From NCBI GenBank assembly GCA_048128005.1, contig JBEUKZ010000008.1:682001-724517 (forward strand): 42,517 nucleotides of DNA, written 5' to 3'. The DNA comes from Veleropilina oligotropha. Lineage: Eukaryota. Each line of letters opens with the position of its first letter. Positions within the stretch are counted from its first letter, which is position 1. Shown piece by piece: positions 11,410 to 24,497 of the stretch. Both the position numbers and the translations under genes were made by a program. The notes beneath the pieces are model-generated. The model was not told the origin of the DNA, did not search any database, and saw nothing but the letters and a program-made list of their open reading frames with translations.

Positions 11410-11641
11410 CTCTCCTCGACAGCTCAAATGGTAGAGCGTCGGAAAACATATGCGGGACGGTAGGTTATGGGTTCAAACCCGCTCCGGCCTGGCTTATTAT
11501 AAGGCTTAAAACTAATAGATGGCATATCCCTAATGCATGTCGGTCAGATCGAAGTGAGGCCTTAAAGCGGGTGTCCCGACTGCGTTAACGCTGAAATATT
11601 ACCAAAGGGGTCGTAAAACAAAGTTGTCAACTAAACTCAAC
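11410..11641 (+). mobile_element. tRNA-derived SINE family B with a 13-bp TSD
   Basis: TSD gatatgagcatga at 11397-11409 and 11642-11654; A box agctcaaatggtagagc, B box gggttcaaaccc; core tgtcggtcagatcgaagtgaggccttaaagcgggtgtccc (loosely Deu/Nin-domain-like). Confidence 0.85.
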
Positions 11642-12859
11642 GATATGAGCATGAATGATGTTAGATGATTACGCATTGAGGGGGACAAATGGAAATATAT
11701 TTATACAACATTTAACTTTACATATTAACCATCGCATAAATTTCAAAATTCCACTTTCAGAATTGAAGTACAATATAAATAAATACATTCAAACAACCTG
11801 ATAACGTTATTAAGATAATTGCACGGGGAATAAACTTGGTGAATTCGGCCCCTCTTACAAATCTCTACGTCATGAAGATGTGGTTTTCGCCCGACTGATA
11901 ATTGGACATTCTCACTACACTCACTCCTACTTGTTAAAGGGTAGTCTCCACATGAGTGTATTTATTGTGTTACTAATCTAACAGTCAAAAATATATTATT
12001 AAACTGCATTGATATAGACCCAATGCGTCAAAAATCTTTTAGGACATTTTCACTTCATAAGCTATTTAGTAATTTTTAAAATGATGTCTTTTATGTATTT
12101 TTAAAATAAGCTTTAAATTTTAACCAGTTTGATTATACAAATTTGCAAGCATAAAATTTTGAAGCAAATTTATATTTATATTGATTTAACTGTACATGGC
12201 TCGTATGTAAAAGGTGAATACTGTTTCAAATATATCTAGTAATTCTAGTCTTTCATGTCCATTGACCGGATTGTGACTGAAATATTTTCAATTCAGTCAA
12301 TCATTAAAATGCATCAATCCAATCCAATCATTTTATACAATCTCTGAATTCAGTGACATGAACATATAAAGCTGATGATACAGTGACAATAGCTATCATT
12401 TAATTTGCGCACAGTGAACATAATGTCTTTATCTGCAATTATGAATAAAATAACACAATTAATACAATACAAATGCAACTGATTCAGCGTATATTACTAC
12501 ATTGTGATAATAGGTCTGGTTTAAACTTGAAGACCTGGTTAGACGCGTGCACAGTAATATTGAATTAAAACACATTTCAAACTTGTTCAAAGTGAAGAAC
12601 CTACCACTAAATAGTCAACATATGACTTTATTGTATTCAAAATAAGAAAAAAGTATATAACAAAGAAACAACAATCAAATGTCGAATGTCAGATATGCTA
12701 AAATTATTTTTAAAACGCACATAAATGCATATAAAGAACAGAGAAAAAATGTCGACATTCATTTTAATGTACCGTTACTAATTTGCATGAGCTCATCTTC
12801 AGTCGTAATAATATTATGGTACTGAAGCTACGAACATTGAACACACGCCGCTTTTATAG

Positions 12860-13330
12860 TGAGATGGAAACCTCGTCTCAGAGACTTTCTTGTGTTAACA
12901 GTCCGGGATTGGTGTGTTTTGCCTGTTCAGTTGACAGGGTTTTCCTCCTGCGATAATATTGGAATGACCCCGTGCAGACAGTTTCATTTTACAATGCATG
13001 GCGTCCAGAGCAATTTATATTTCATGTCGGTCCTCTCCAGCCATTAATGGACAGCTGTGCTGGTAACTGAAGAAAGAATGCCATTGCATCAATCGAGTTG
13101 CGATCTCACTCCTGTTAGACAGAGCAGTCATGCCAGTGTATTCAGAGGCCCTCGAAAACACATTACTCCCTGAGCGGCCCATCGCGTGGGGACTGTTGAA
13201 TTCAACTCTCATATCCCTTGGAGAATGTAAACGTGTTAAGGCTATGACAATCGACACAGACTCCGTCAGGAATCGTTAAAGTTCGCAGTGACTATCTCAC
13301 TTATCATAACGCCTGGCTGGTAGTTTAATT
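12860..13330 (+). pseudogene. Decayed Tc1-family transposase remnant
   Basis: WTAVLVTEER (cf. W..VLFTDESR), preceded by a P..LTP..R..RL.W-like segment and followed by AWG (cf. VMVWG); many frameshifts. Confidence 0.45.
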
Positions 13331-13554
13331 ATACCTAACGTATTACTATTCACTTTCGTTAACATGTAATTCATAAAAATAAGGATTAATAAAACACAAA
13401 AGAATAATTTACAAATTTAAAATAATTGATATGTACAGTATACGTATTCGAACTTCATGGCGTCATTGGAACACCGGTAATCGCTATATATCTTCTCTCC
13501 TTCCGAGCGACGTTTATAGCGAGGAGCCTGCAATTTAATATAAATATATAATTA

Positions 13555-13575
13555 TGTGTGTGTGTGTGTGTGCGG

Positions 13576-13613
<38 letters not shown>
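13555..13613. repeat. (GT)n microsatellite
   Basis: Direct observation; one gcgggc interruption. Confidence 0.95.
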
Positions 13614-13615
<2 letters not shown>

Positions 13616-14197
13616 ATGGTGCCAACCGAGAACAGTCATCACATTACACACCTTCTAACAGAGGACAGTCTGCAGAACGAGGACACCTCGGTTTGATTTT
13701 ATTTTAGAAATGGCCTTTCGAGGACGTTTTGCATATAGTAGCATTTAAATAATTCATATTAGACGATGGTCACCAATTTGATATTGGCCATCTTAGTTTA
13801 CGAAACCACCTGTGCATATGCCAGCTTTACATACATTTGGGTTATACACTCGACTTTGTCTCGGTTATCGTTTTGCGTACTGGCGAATAAAATCACGTGA
13901 CGAGGCCAACTGTGTTTGAAGCTACGCCGCTGAACAGAGAACAGTTTGATACACATATCAACCGAGAACATACTAAAAATAGCGTACGTCGTTACATTGT
14001 TGCAATTTGATGTCAAGATATCATTTACGTAAAATATATTAATGGCCGCCTACGAGGGCTCTTGTTAGAGTTGATTTTCGTTGTTACAAATGCCTATCAA
14101 ATATATAATCACATAATTATATATAAAAGAGAAATGGATAATAACCCATTTATTGTAAAGCTATTAAATAAACGGAAATCATATTATATCAATGATG

Positions 14198-14400
14198 TGG
14201 GCGGCCTCGGCGTTCGAGTGGCTAGATCATCGTACAATAAACGATACTGTTAGATGGGATCGGGTTCGATCCCCATGCAGTTCATTATAGCGCTTACATA
14301 ATAAAAGGTGCACGCCCATATGTCGGTCGGATGGGAGACCTTAAAAGACTGTCACAACTGCGATAAAAATGAAAAATGTCAAATGCGGTCGCAAAACTGA
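14198..14400 (+). mobile_element. Divergent tRNA-derived SINE related to family B
   Basis: B box gggttcgatccc; core atgtcggtcggatgggagaccttaaa and 3' ggtcgcaaaac resemble 11535-11620. Confidence 0.6.
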
Positions 14401-14420
14401 TAATATTAGCAAAAATGGAC

Positions 14421-15083
14421 TTAAGATAGCATTCCATACACACGGAATGCGTAAACGGCATGCGTGATACGGAAACGAATACATGCGTTTGCAGCATTCC
14501 ATATACACGGAATCCACTTGCGTTTATTCCTTTCTGAACGTACATATTATACATGCATACATGATACATGCATGCAAACATATAAATATACATACATACA
14601 GGCATACACCAAAATGGATACTACCAGTACTATAGTTATCTGTTACAATAAAATGACCATCTTTTCCGGGAATGTCCGTTATCTTGGCAATGCTAGCCCA
14701 AGTGTTATATCATATATCAAATCAGCGTCATGGTGCATGCTCGATCTGCTGTCGTATGGAAATGGGTGCTCACGCATCGATTATATTAGTTTTTCCGCAT
14801 TTTGTTGGGAAATTGCATACATCGGCATTGTTCTGTCAAATTCGGCACAATAATGTCTGGGGAAGACCCTGACCTTGATACTGAAACACGTCATATTCAG
14901 GATCCCCCCGTCCGGATACCATACGGATACGGAATACAACGCTACATGTCGCGTTCTTTTTTAACGCATCACGCTGACGCATGCCGTTTCCGTGTGTATG
15001 GAATCAGTCCTTCATATTTAAGCCATTTTGATTTATTCCGTATGCCGTATGACGCATGCCGTTTACGCATTCCGTGTGTATGG
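14421..15083. mobile_element. MITE with long inverted repeats (GCATTCCATAC family)
   Basis: tccatacacacggaatgcgtaaacggcatgcgt (~14433-14465) is the reverse complement of acgcatgccgtttacgcattccgtgtgtatgga (~15052-15083). Confidence 0.8.
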
Positions 15084-15262
15084 ACGGCCAGCTTTATGCG
15101 GCAATGCGGCAACGGCATCCGACAAAAATCGAAATTAGTCATTTAATGAAGGAGAGATTCCATATGCGCCAATGGCATCGGGAAACGGCATCCCGCAAAA
15201 CGATGCCGTTGCCGCAGGGTTACCGAATGGGTAATTTCACCATATGAAATAATTTTTTTAAG

Positions 15263-15804
15263 GGCTTCCCTAGTACAGTCTTTCGGCGCCAAATTAAACC
15301 AACAACAGAACCTGATAACAGATTTAAGGTGGCATTCCATATAGGCCTACTAGTATGCGGCAACGTCATCAGGCATTAACGCTGGCATTCCATATATGCC
15401 GCATGCGGCAAGCGGCAATGAATCATACTCATTTATCTAACATGGAATGTAGTGACCATAAAATATATAGTAAATGCATTCATCGTAAACAAGGTGTAAC
15501 ATAATATAATATATATTTTTTTAAATTTAACCCGGCTTCCCTAGTACAGTCTTTCGGCGCCAAATTAAACCAACAACAGAACCTGATAACAGATTTAAGG
15601 TGGCATTCCATATAGGCCTACTAGTATGCGGCAACGTCATCAGGCATTAACGCTGGCATTCCATATATGCCGCATGCGGCAAGCGGCAATGAATCATACT
15701 CATTTATCTAACATGGAATGTAGTGACCATAAAATATATAGTAAATGCATTCATCGTAAACAAGGTGTAACATAATATAATATATATTTTTTTAAATTTA
15801 ACCC
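15263..15804. repeat. Apparently exact 271-bp tandem duplication
   Basis: ggcttccctagtacagtc... starts at 15263 and at 15534; no differences seen by eye. Confidence 0.95.
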
Positions 15805-16992
15805 GGTGTAATAGGCTATATTCACCTTCCATCAATCTATACCCGGGTAGAGTCTGGTCTGGGCCAAACTATACCCCGGGGTTGAAAATAACACAGACTG
15901 GTTTATACCCCGGGATATTGTTTGGCCTTGACCGGACTATACCCCCCTAGTCCAAATAATACCTACTTGTGTTTTTAATAAATTAGTCTGTATTTCCAAA
16001 TAATAATTAAAAAAATAACTTGTCCCTGCAACATAGAAGATCAGGATCAGTCACGCTTTTATCAATCCATGTATAGTCAACGTAAGTACGAAGGGATCGA
16101 TAAATCCCGTCACTTTATTTCCTCTTTAAATAAAAGCTATTTGACATTGACATTATATAAAATACTAACCAGAACCACACAGTGCGGGAGCCCGGAGCGG
16201 AGCTTGAGGACCTGCTCAGTGAGCGGTAGCGAGCGCGGCCGACGGAGGCGGGCCGGAGGCCGACGGAGGTCGCCGAATGATGCGGCGGTAGCCGCAGACT
16301 AGTTACGCAGTCCTCCTTGGCATTATTTAAATGATGGAAGTGAATTTGTAGACGTTTCGTCGAATATGAATTGTAACTTATTGGCGCATCCTTCCCTATA
16401 AGTCTTGCCTAAATTATAGTAATACAAATGAATGCCCGATCAGGGCTTGAAGCCGCGTCATGGGCAAATATATAAGACATGGAGGTTTTAGTAGTTTGCG
16501 CGTCTTTTAAAGTTCCTTTATTGATTTTTTTATTCGACGAAACGGTTCGTCGAAACGGTCATTCGACAAAACGTCTGTTGAAAAATTCGACGATGCTAAT
16601 CTGTAGATCTGGACTGCGATATCGGTGAAATACGTTTATCGGTAAGTCATTATTGTGTCATTTTCTGATGTGCACAGTACTGCGTTCGAACCCCGTATCG
16701 ACGTTTTCTTTGGGCAAGGACATAAGCCACAATTGCTCGTCTGATCTGATAGAGATGTTAAACCGTGGATTCCGACTGCGATATCAGTGAAATACTCTGA
16801 AAGTGGTCGTAAAATCTCTGATTCTAGATGGTATATTCTGGCCTGGGGAGGTATGTAACAGGCTAGCCTGTATAACACTCCGGGGTATAAAGTGGACTAG
16901 CTCAGAATATACCCAAGTATATTCTGGGCTAGTCCACTCTAACCCCGGGTTATAGTCCGGGCAGGGGGTATACTCGAAGCTGTTACACCGGG
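15802..16992. mobile_element. Non-autonomous TIR element with CCCGGTGTAA ends and tataccccggg subterminal repeats
   Basis: cccggtgtaa (15802) / ttacaccggg (16983-16992); repeated ataccccggg and ccggggtata motifs near both ends; no TSD seen. Confidence 0.7.
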
Positions 16993-17145
16993 GCCGCTAC
17001 GCAAGCATAGCTGTGTGGGTTCGGTTGTGAACTCCGAAAAATCACTGGTTGGGACGAATGTATTTGTTCAAGTTTAGTTATTATTTGAGACACGGTTGTC
17101 CGAAACTGATCGAAGAGGACGGGTTTCACGACATAGCTGGTCAAA
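16993..17145 (+). mobile_element. Old divergent SINE family A copy
   Basis: atttgttcaagtt...cacggttgtccgaaactgatcgaagaggacgggttt matches the family core. Confidence 0.6.
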
Positions 17146-17244
17146 TACTGATTCTGAAGCTCAGATGCTGATATTCTAAAAAGTACTTTGTTCTTCATTA
17201 CAAAGCAGTAACGAAAATTAAAAAAATATTGTGACTATAGATTA

Positions 17245-17630
17245 CTAATATTATTATAGTTGGGAACATGCCGGTAGTTCGACATATGAAATCATTGTTG
17301 AAAAATAAAAAATATTGTGATATATAGGCCTACATTTCTCCCGTAAAAAACTTGTAAATATTCCTGATAACGCTTTTATATAAAAAAATAACAGAATATC
17401 AACTTGCAAATACATGCAATTCGCCAATTTCATTATTGTTCTTATATACTAGTAGTCTATAGCCAAGTGAACACAGTTTAACAGGCTATAGTTTTTTTAT
17501 TAGTTACTCACTGCAATCGGATAAATTGAAATTGGGACACGGGAGTATGCGTAGAGGTGGGAAAATGGGAAAGTGAAAATAAACCTGTTATCAGGTTCTG
17601 TAGTTGGTTTAATTTGGCGCCGAAAGACTG
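17245..17630. repeat. Right arm of the CAGTCTTTCGGCGCC-ended element; diverged direct repeat of 18457-18852
   Basis: About 390 bp of colinear similarity from ctaatattattat to ggcgccgaaag. Confidence 0.85.
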
Positions 17631-17637
17631 GTCTTTC

Positions 17638-18042
17638 CAACGACAAGGAACACAATGGTGAAAGTCAAAAATCACTACTTCTAATAAATGCTAGGGTGGA
17701 AAAGGAAAAAGCAAAATCGGAAATGGCGTCATTAAATCTGGATCTGGATAATGTTGTTGTATTTCCATGAATACTGTTGCGAAGTCAGAATTCACTACTC
17801 CTAATACATGCTACGGTGGAAAAGAAAAAAGGAAAATCGGAAATGGCGTCATTAAATCTGGATCTGGATATTTGTTGTTGTATTTCCATGAATACAGTGA
17901 TCCCAAACCTTAATTGTGTAAAATACGAAAGAAATATGACAAGTAGATGCAGAGAAACAGTCGCGAACAGACAGACAAACATACGCACAAACCGACCCAA
18001 TTGCAATATCTTCCCCCACTAATCCGTAGGTGGAGGTAATAA
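17638..18042 (-). mobile_element. HINE-like element with two ~120-bp internal units
   Basis: Unit aaaatcggaaatggcgtcattaaatctggatctggata occurs twice; (caga)n plus terminal hairpin at 17965-18040; similar end fragment at ~9705-9790. Confidence 0.6.
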
Positions 18043-18164
18043 TTCAACCTGCAAGGGTATGCATGCAGTACGGTGCAGCAATCATGGTGTCAAACTTTCA
18101 TAGTATATAATTATTACATTTAACACATGTAACTACCATGACAGTTTTAGTGGAGTGTGGTATC

Positions 18165-18345
18165 GCAACGGTAAATGTAATAATTATTACATTAACGGTT
18201 GCAGTGTAACCGTAAATGTAATAATTATTACATTTGCGGTTGCAATGCAACCATAATGTAATAATTATTACATTAACGGTTGCAATCAACCGTAAATGTA
18301 ATAATTATTACATGTTTGGTTTTTATTACATTTACGGTTGCAACA
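18165..18345. repeat. Array of four ~40-bp palindromic units (probable MITE remnant)
   Basis: Perfect palindrome ATGTAATAATTATTACAT at 18175, 18216, 18256 and 18296, each within caaccgtaa...taacggttg. Confidence 0.9.
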
Positions 18346-19453
18346 CACGGTATTATTTGTATTTCGTTACTTCTTGCGGAACTAAGGCCTTGGTCCAACA
18401 GACATTGCTGGACCAAAATATTTCGATTCATCTACTTGAGAAGTTGGCTGCCAAAACTAATATTATTATCGTTGGAAACATGCCGGTAGTTCAACATATG
18501 AAATCATTGATGAAAAAGATAAATATTGTGACATATATATAATTATATAGGCCTACATTTCTCTCGTGGAAACTTATAAATGTTCCGGATAACGCTTTTA
18601 TGTAAAAAAAATAACAAAATATCAACTTGCAAATACATGCAATTCGCCAATTTCATTGTTGTTCTTATATAATCTATAGCGAACACAGTTAAACAAGCTA
18701 TAGTTGTTTTTATTATGTACTCACTGCAATCGGATAAATTGAAATTGAGACAAGGGAGTATGCGTAGAGGTGGGAAAATGGGAAAAGTGGGAATAAATCT
18801 ATTATCAGGTTCTGTAGTTGGTTTAATTTGGCGCCGAAAGTCTGGGGAAGACCTTAAAAGAACGTCATGTTGTGGAATTCAACATCCGGTAACCCTGCGG
18901 CAACGGCATCGTTTTGCCGGATGCCGTTGACGCATATATGGAATCTCTTTTTCATTAAATGACCATTTCGATTTTTGCCGGATGTCGTTGCCACATTGCC
19001 GCATATATGGAATGTCGCCTTTAGGCCGTAAAGTCAAGCTTTGGATAAATTTTTAAATGATTTAAATTGGAGTCTGTTTGGGTTTAGGATAAATTATAGG
19101 AAGCGCATTACTGACAGTCATACAAAACCCCACCGTAGTGGCAATAATGTACTTCCTAAATTAAAACAAATTATATTTTAGATATATTTTAAACACTACC
19201 CAAAGTTTGACTTTACTCAATGTTCGGCTTGCGCATATGGCCCTTAAATCTTCATAGCAGATATTATGTTTTTAATTTTCGCCGGAAAATGCAACCACCC
19301 GGCAGGTATGGATAGGCAGGTAGGCGATGCCTACGCTTTTGAAGCGTGACCATCTGTCGTCGGTAATTCTAACTTGCCTGTGAAGTTAATTGCCTACACT
19401 AAAACAACACAGCATTACATCACAGTAATTAGGCACTGCTTTTGTTATGGAAC

Positions 19454-19941
19454 CAGGTGCGGATCCAGGATTCTTGCTTATGGAGGGGAGTGGGGGGGGG
19501 GGGGGGGGGGGGCTGAATTTACTATCAATTGCTCGCGTGGGAGCGGGGCCCCACGCGAAGGAACATTTTGACAATCAACAGCCTGAAACCACCTCTCCAG
19601 GGAAAAAGCGATATTTCATTCTAACGTTTTATGAACCACCGTCAATAAAATAGCACGAGTCTAATTTTTATTTTATTTTGTCTAATGGCATTGTCCGCGT
19701 GGGGGTCGGGGCCCCACGCACAAGATAATTTTGACAATTAACAGAGTGAAATCTCCCCCTCCTGCATTATTACATTGTAAAAGCTAATAGTAATACAATT
19801 CAACGTTAGTATTTTGGGGTAGGCCTATTTAGTAATGTTCTGAAAGTCATTTGTATCAGATTATACATATTATTTTAGTATGATTGACCAGCTTTAGGGG
19901 GGGGGGGGGCGCGCCGGGTGCGCCCCCTGGATCCGCGCGTG
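19454..19941. mobile_element. MITE related to 3561-3879, with a 5-bp TSD (GGAAC/AGAAC)
   Basis: caggtgcggatccagg ... cctggatccgcgcgtg; two internal copies of cgcgtggg..cggggccccacgc..ttttgacaat. Confidence 0.85.
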
Positions 19942-21461
19942 AGAACTGTCAATCAAAGTCGCAGTCTTGTTTCCTCAATTTGTCAACCAATCATATTGTT
20001 TATAGTGTCGCTTCGTCGATATTCTCTGTCCGCTCCCAAAATCAGAAATGAGCACGTCCCGGCATACAGAATTTTATAGTGCCACCTCGGCCTTTAAATG
20101 TAAATTAATTAAATGTGCATTTATTTTCCTGTTCTTCCAACTAGCAAACACATTTTAAACCTCTATCGAGTATTATTTATATACATAAATTAATTTTATT
20201 TATAAATAAAAGTGAAAGTAAAAAAGTAAAATTGATTGCATTAAATATATAAATAAAATGTATTAAATTAAATATGTAAAAAAATAAGTAAATTTTATTA
20301 TGTACATCATAAATATCATAAAATATTAAATAATATATACTTTAATTATTAAATATACTAGGGCCTACAATAAATAATACATTTTCAAAATGAAACTTGT
20401 GTAAATATTCATTAAATTTGTTTTTTAAATAATCATAAAAGTAAATTTACTAGTATTCAATCAAATGCACTTATATAATGTAATAGTATTATATTATGCT
20501 AAATGTAATAATTTGTGTGAAAAATAGTTTTACAATATTTTGTATTTGTAATGTCATATTTTCATAATAATTAATCATATTTTAATGAATATTTTCACAA
20601 CTATGTATGAATAAAATGCTGAAAATTGTGATAATTAATATTATGAAACCTCTCTCATGCATTCTGAAAATACAAATACGACGTGTTTTTATTAACATTT
20701 AACACCATTTTCGCCACTAAATGAGTAAAATAATGCAAATTGACATCATCATGTTATGATGTACTATGGAATATGTTGTATGCGGAGGAAAATATTGATA
20801 ATTAACGGCGTAAATATCTCAATTTCCTGCATCATGAGAGTGCAAATAAGATGTTTATCATCACTATGTACGAGTGGTTTTAAATTGAGGTTGAAAATTG
20901 ACATATACTATGAAACATGTCAATAATAGTTTCATTTCGGTCACAAGAGAAATTTAAATCATTGACAAAATGAGGGGTAACGGTACGGAAATTCAAACGT
21001 TATCGATTCAAACTTCATAGACCATCGAATTTGTTAAAAACTGTGACATTTATTGTAGATATTAATTTGAATATTAAAAATATCAAGTTTATATACAAAA
21101 TAGGCTTTGGGTTTTATTAAAAGTATCATAATGCATAACTTTTGTAGAAAAATTTAAGTTGAACAGATTCGGTTCCGTTGACAAAAGGAGGGGGGGGGGG
21201 CGATCCGCTCCGCCCCCCCCCCTTGCCAGCGGAAACGAATCTGTTGAATTTGAATTTCTCTACGTCCACGCTGGGTAATATGCCTCCGTGACAAATATCA
21301 ATTATGACAGCCTGTAAAAGACAACACACCACGCTGATCTATGCAGTTCTGAATCTTCATTTATCCATATACTAGTATCTCATATTTAAAATAACAAATA
21401 AGTGGTAAATAATACTAAATATTTAACCCGATTGTCCGTGACAGGTGTCTATATCTATATC

Positions 21462-21467
<6 letters not shown>

Positions 21468-21558
<91 letters not shown>

Positions 21559-21703
21559 CGCATGCGCAAAGTGATATGGTGTATGTACGTCATCACTTCT
21601 CTCTATAAAATTTGCCACTTCTCTCTGTGATGCCCTCACCTCTATCTGTCATTTGTGACAATGGTTTTTGTGACCCTGATATATTATATACATATATATA
21701 TAT

Positions 21704-21778
<75 letters not shown>
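21468..21778. repeat. Two (TA)n microsatellites (~21468-21553 and ~21692-21778)
   Basis: Direct observation. Confidence 0.97.
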
Positions 21779-21779
<1 letters not shown>

Positions 21780-22429
21780 GGAACTAATTCTAGATATCGC
21801 GACATGATGAGAAAAAACCCTCCCCCTTTGCCATTTTCAAATGCTGACAGGTTATTATACAGGTGGGGTATAATGTAATGTACTATTACTGTACTCTCTC
21901 TCGAATTGTGCTAAAAATGTTAAATGTTTTAGCAGTGAATGCTGATTATTTTCCCATGGTACGTACTGGGGTCGTTACGTACCAATGTTCCTGATCCCAC
22001 CCTAAGTTTCAACCCATCATTCACATTTATTCACCAGGTGTTGATTCATAAATGCCAGAAGAAGATCCAGGCTCGAGGTCAATTTTTTATTGTAGTGTCT
22101 TTAATAAGGGTCCCGGTCTAACGTCTCTGCCTGATAGACGAAAAATGTATGTAATGAAGATGACTTATACCTGTGATAAATTATCGACATACCCGAGAAT
22201 AGATTACGACAGCAGGTTGTGACTCGCATAGTTTAGGGTCATTGCTCGTGGTATGTAACTTAAATATCGGGCAATGAGTTGCATTTGCATTGAAATCGTC
22301 CGAACCAGTGATCTCTTTTTGAGACCTAAGAATATGTATTTTCTGTGGGTGGTGATTGAGTTTTGAAGAAGTCAGCTATATATATATTAAAACCCCGACA
22401 GTCTTGCAAACATTATACATGGTTATGTA

Positions 22430-23324
22430 TTTTCATTTATAAACAGATGACACCCAGTTATATCAACAGCATCTGTACAATTGACGTTTGGCTCTATGAT
22501 GGCATGCGTTTCAAGTATCAGCGACTGGATGTCTAGACAGTTCTTGAAGCTGAATGATGACAAGACCGAGATTTTGGTACTTTGTTCCAACAGAAACGCA
22601 TCACGAATGAATCTACCAGCTTTCAGTATCGGGAACAGCACTATCCAGTCAAGCACCAATGCCTGCAACTTTGAAGTCATGTTTGACCAAAAGCACATCA
22701 ATAACATCTGCAGATGTACTTATTGGAACATGCGCAGCATCGGCTCAATCCGGAAGTTTATCGATCAGCAGCTCATCCAATCTCGCGTCATTTCCATTCT
22801 AGACTACTGCAATGGTATGGTGTATCACAAGTCTAATCGCGAAGCTACAGAGGGTTCAGAACACTGCAGCCAGAGTAGTCACTGGAACACGAAAAAAGAG
22901 CACATCATGCCGGTACATGTTTGCGTGTGGAATGGAATAGCGCCGTCCTACATCCAAGACTTACTCGTGCGCTACACATGCCCTCGATCACACCTGTCAG
23001 GAAATCAGCATCTTGTAGTGACAGTAAGCATGACGAAGACGTTTCGCGGTCGATGCTTCGCTGTATCCGGCCCTGTTCTGTGGAATAAGCTTCCCATAGA
23101 CATCAAGGAATCGAAGGACCTTGCAACTTAAGTTTCGACTCGAGACCTGCCTTTTTGGACAGTCTTATAACCAGTAATCATCCAACAACCATTATTATGG
23201 ACCATAAGTTTTCCCTTCTGATACAATGATCCAGAATCTCAGATACTTGGACTCAGAGCGCTACTGAGTAGCATCGCTAGATACTAGCGCTATATAAGTT
23301 TATAATTTATTATTATTATTATTT
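22430..23324 (+). mobile_element. 5'-truncated, decayed L2/Crack-type LINE (RT C-terminal half, 3' UTR, (TAT)n tail)
   Basis: DDTQLY at ~22446; CVSSISDWM..FLKLNDDKTE, LDYCN and FAVSGPVLWNKLP..IK; frameshifts; 3' stem-loop agcgcta..tagcgct followed by atataag and (tat)n. Confidence 0.9.
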
Positions 23325-24497
23325 ATATTTTTGCCCTTTTTGTTTATAACATAACTTTTGTCAGTAATTTTCTACCGTTTAATTTAATCGCTACTGAAGA
23401 TTTAAAATAATTAAAGTGGTCCGCTTTCAATTACCTCGCACCAAGTGACATTTCCAATTAACCTAGTTGGAACAACGTTGCGTAGGTTTCTGATCGTAAA
23501 GTAAGATAGCTTTCTGTTTAACAGGATATATATTGCTTCGTTACAGTAATAAATTCAATAAAAATCTATCATTTGATCATATATCGATCATATCTTTGTG
23601 AAAGTGGTAGCAATCTGCGCGAAACGTGCGAAAGTGGATGATATCAGTCATGCCACACCGTAAAAATAGCCACTTTAAAGTATATTATAGACTGGTATAT
23701 AGGTTAAAATGAGAACATAACAATCAAAACCATTCTCAGAAGAGCGGATCAAGGCAGTAGAAGAGAAGAAATACGATTTCGATATAACGAAATAAAAATA
23801 AGAGTTTCATGTCACATCCCTGGCTCGCCAAATCTCTATATTTTAAATCTTAACATTATAATAAGAGAATTGGAATGATAGGGCTTAAGCTAGGCTACCC
23901 GATGAATTTAAATTGTTGATTCCGGTACCGAAGAGAAACGCGTACGTAATCGGCAAATGACTGTTCTATAGTCGGATATATACCAAAGAGTCTTGAACCT
24001 TTTAAAATATTGGCCACGCAATGTTTAAGATAATATATTACATATACAAAATATTTATAGTGCATGTAATGCAATTTAATTGTTTTGCAAAATGGCATAT
24101 AAATATAGAAAATAAAACCAAACAGCTTCGTTGTCCAGCAAAAGGGAACCGAGTCGGTCACCATCTAAATCAGTGCCATTTTAGGTGTCAGCAATTGATC
24201 GAAGAACAGCTAGTGTCATACATTGTCTGCAGTTGTGCAGTTCTATTTACACTTGACTTGTGTGTATTACCTCCCTGCACGCATAGACGTAAAATCAAGA
24301 TATTGTTCGATTTCAGTGTAAATCTCGATATATGGCCTGTGCTATATTTAGCAGGACACCTGTACAATGCTCGCTCATTGCCATAGCAACCCTAGCCGAA
24401 AAGGAGATAATTTGTTAAACAATGCACCTCTAAATGACTGTCTAGACAAAATGGCTGTTAGAGTAAAATCAAATATAATAACTAATAATGATGGTTA

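Larger units (their letters stand above)
15090..19022. mobile_element. Nested DNA-transposon cluster: outer GCATTCCATAT-type MITE interrupted by further elements
   Basis: 15090-15232 is reverse-complement similar to 18883-19005; an inner pair 15262-15325 / 18795-18852 is flanked by ttaa. Confidence 0.75.

Noticed and set aside
11410..11490. Genuine tRNA genes at A/B-box sites
   Set aside because: No convincing cloverleaf; each head runs into a SINE body, and this one has a TSD.
11933..12610. Kolobok-like element (ttaaagggtagtctccac ... gtgaagaacctaccactaa); similar lone end at ~35335
   Set aside because: The TIR match is too degenerate and the right-hand TTAA is absent.
18165..18345. CRISPR array (also considered for 7115-7912, 31173-31389 and 33912-34269)
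   Set aside because: No unique spacers, no cas genes, and a eukaryotic context.
20100..21130. Extremely AT-rich tract as an origin or regulatory element
   Set aside because: Low complexity only; no specific structure seen.
21402..21878. Poly-(YI) ORFs (also at 33895-34402, 38523-38800 and 42181-42470)
   Set aside because: They are translations of (TA)n microsatellites.
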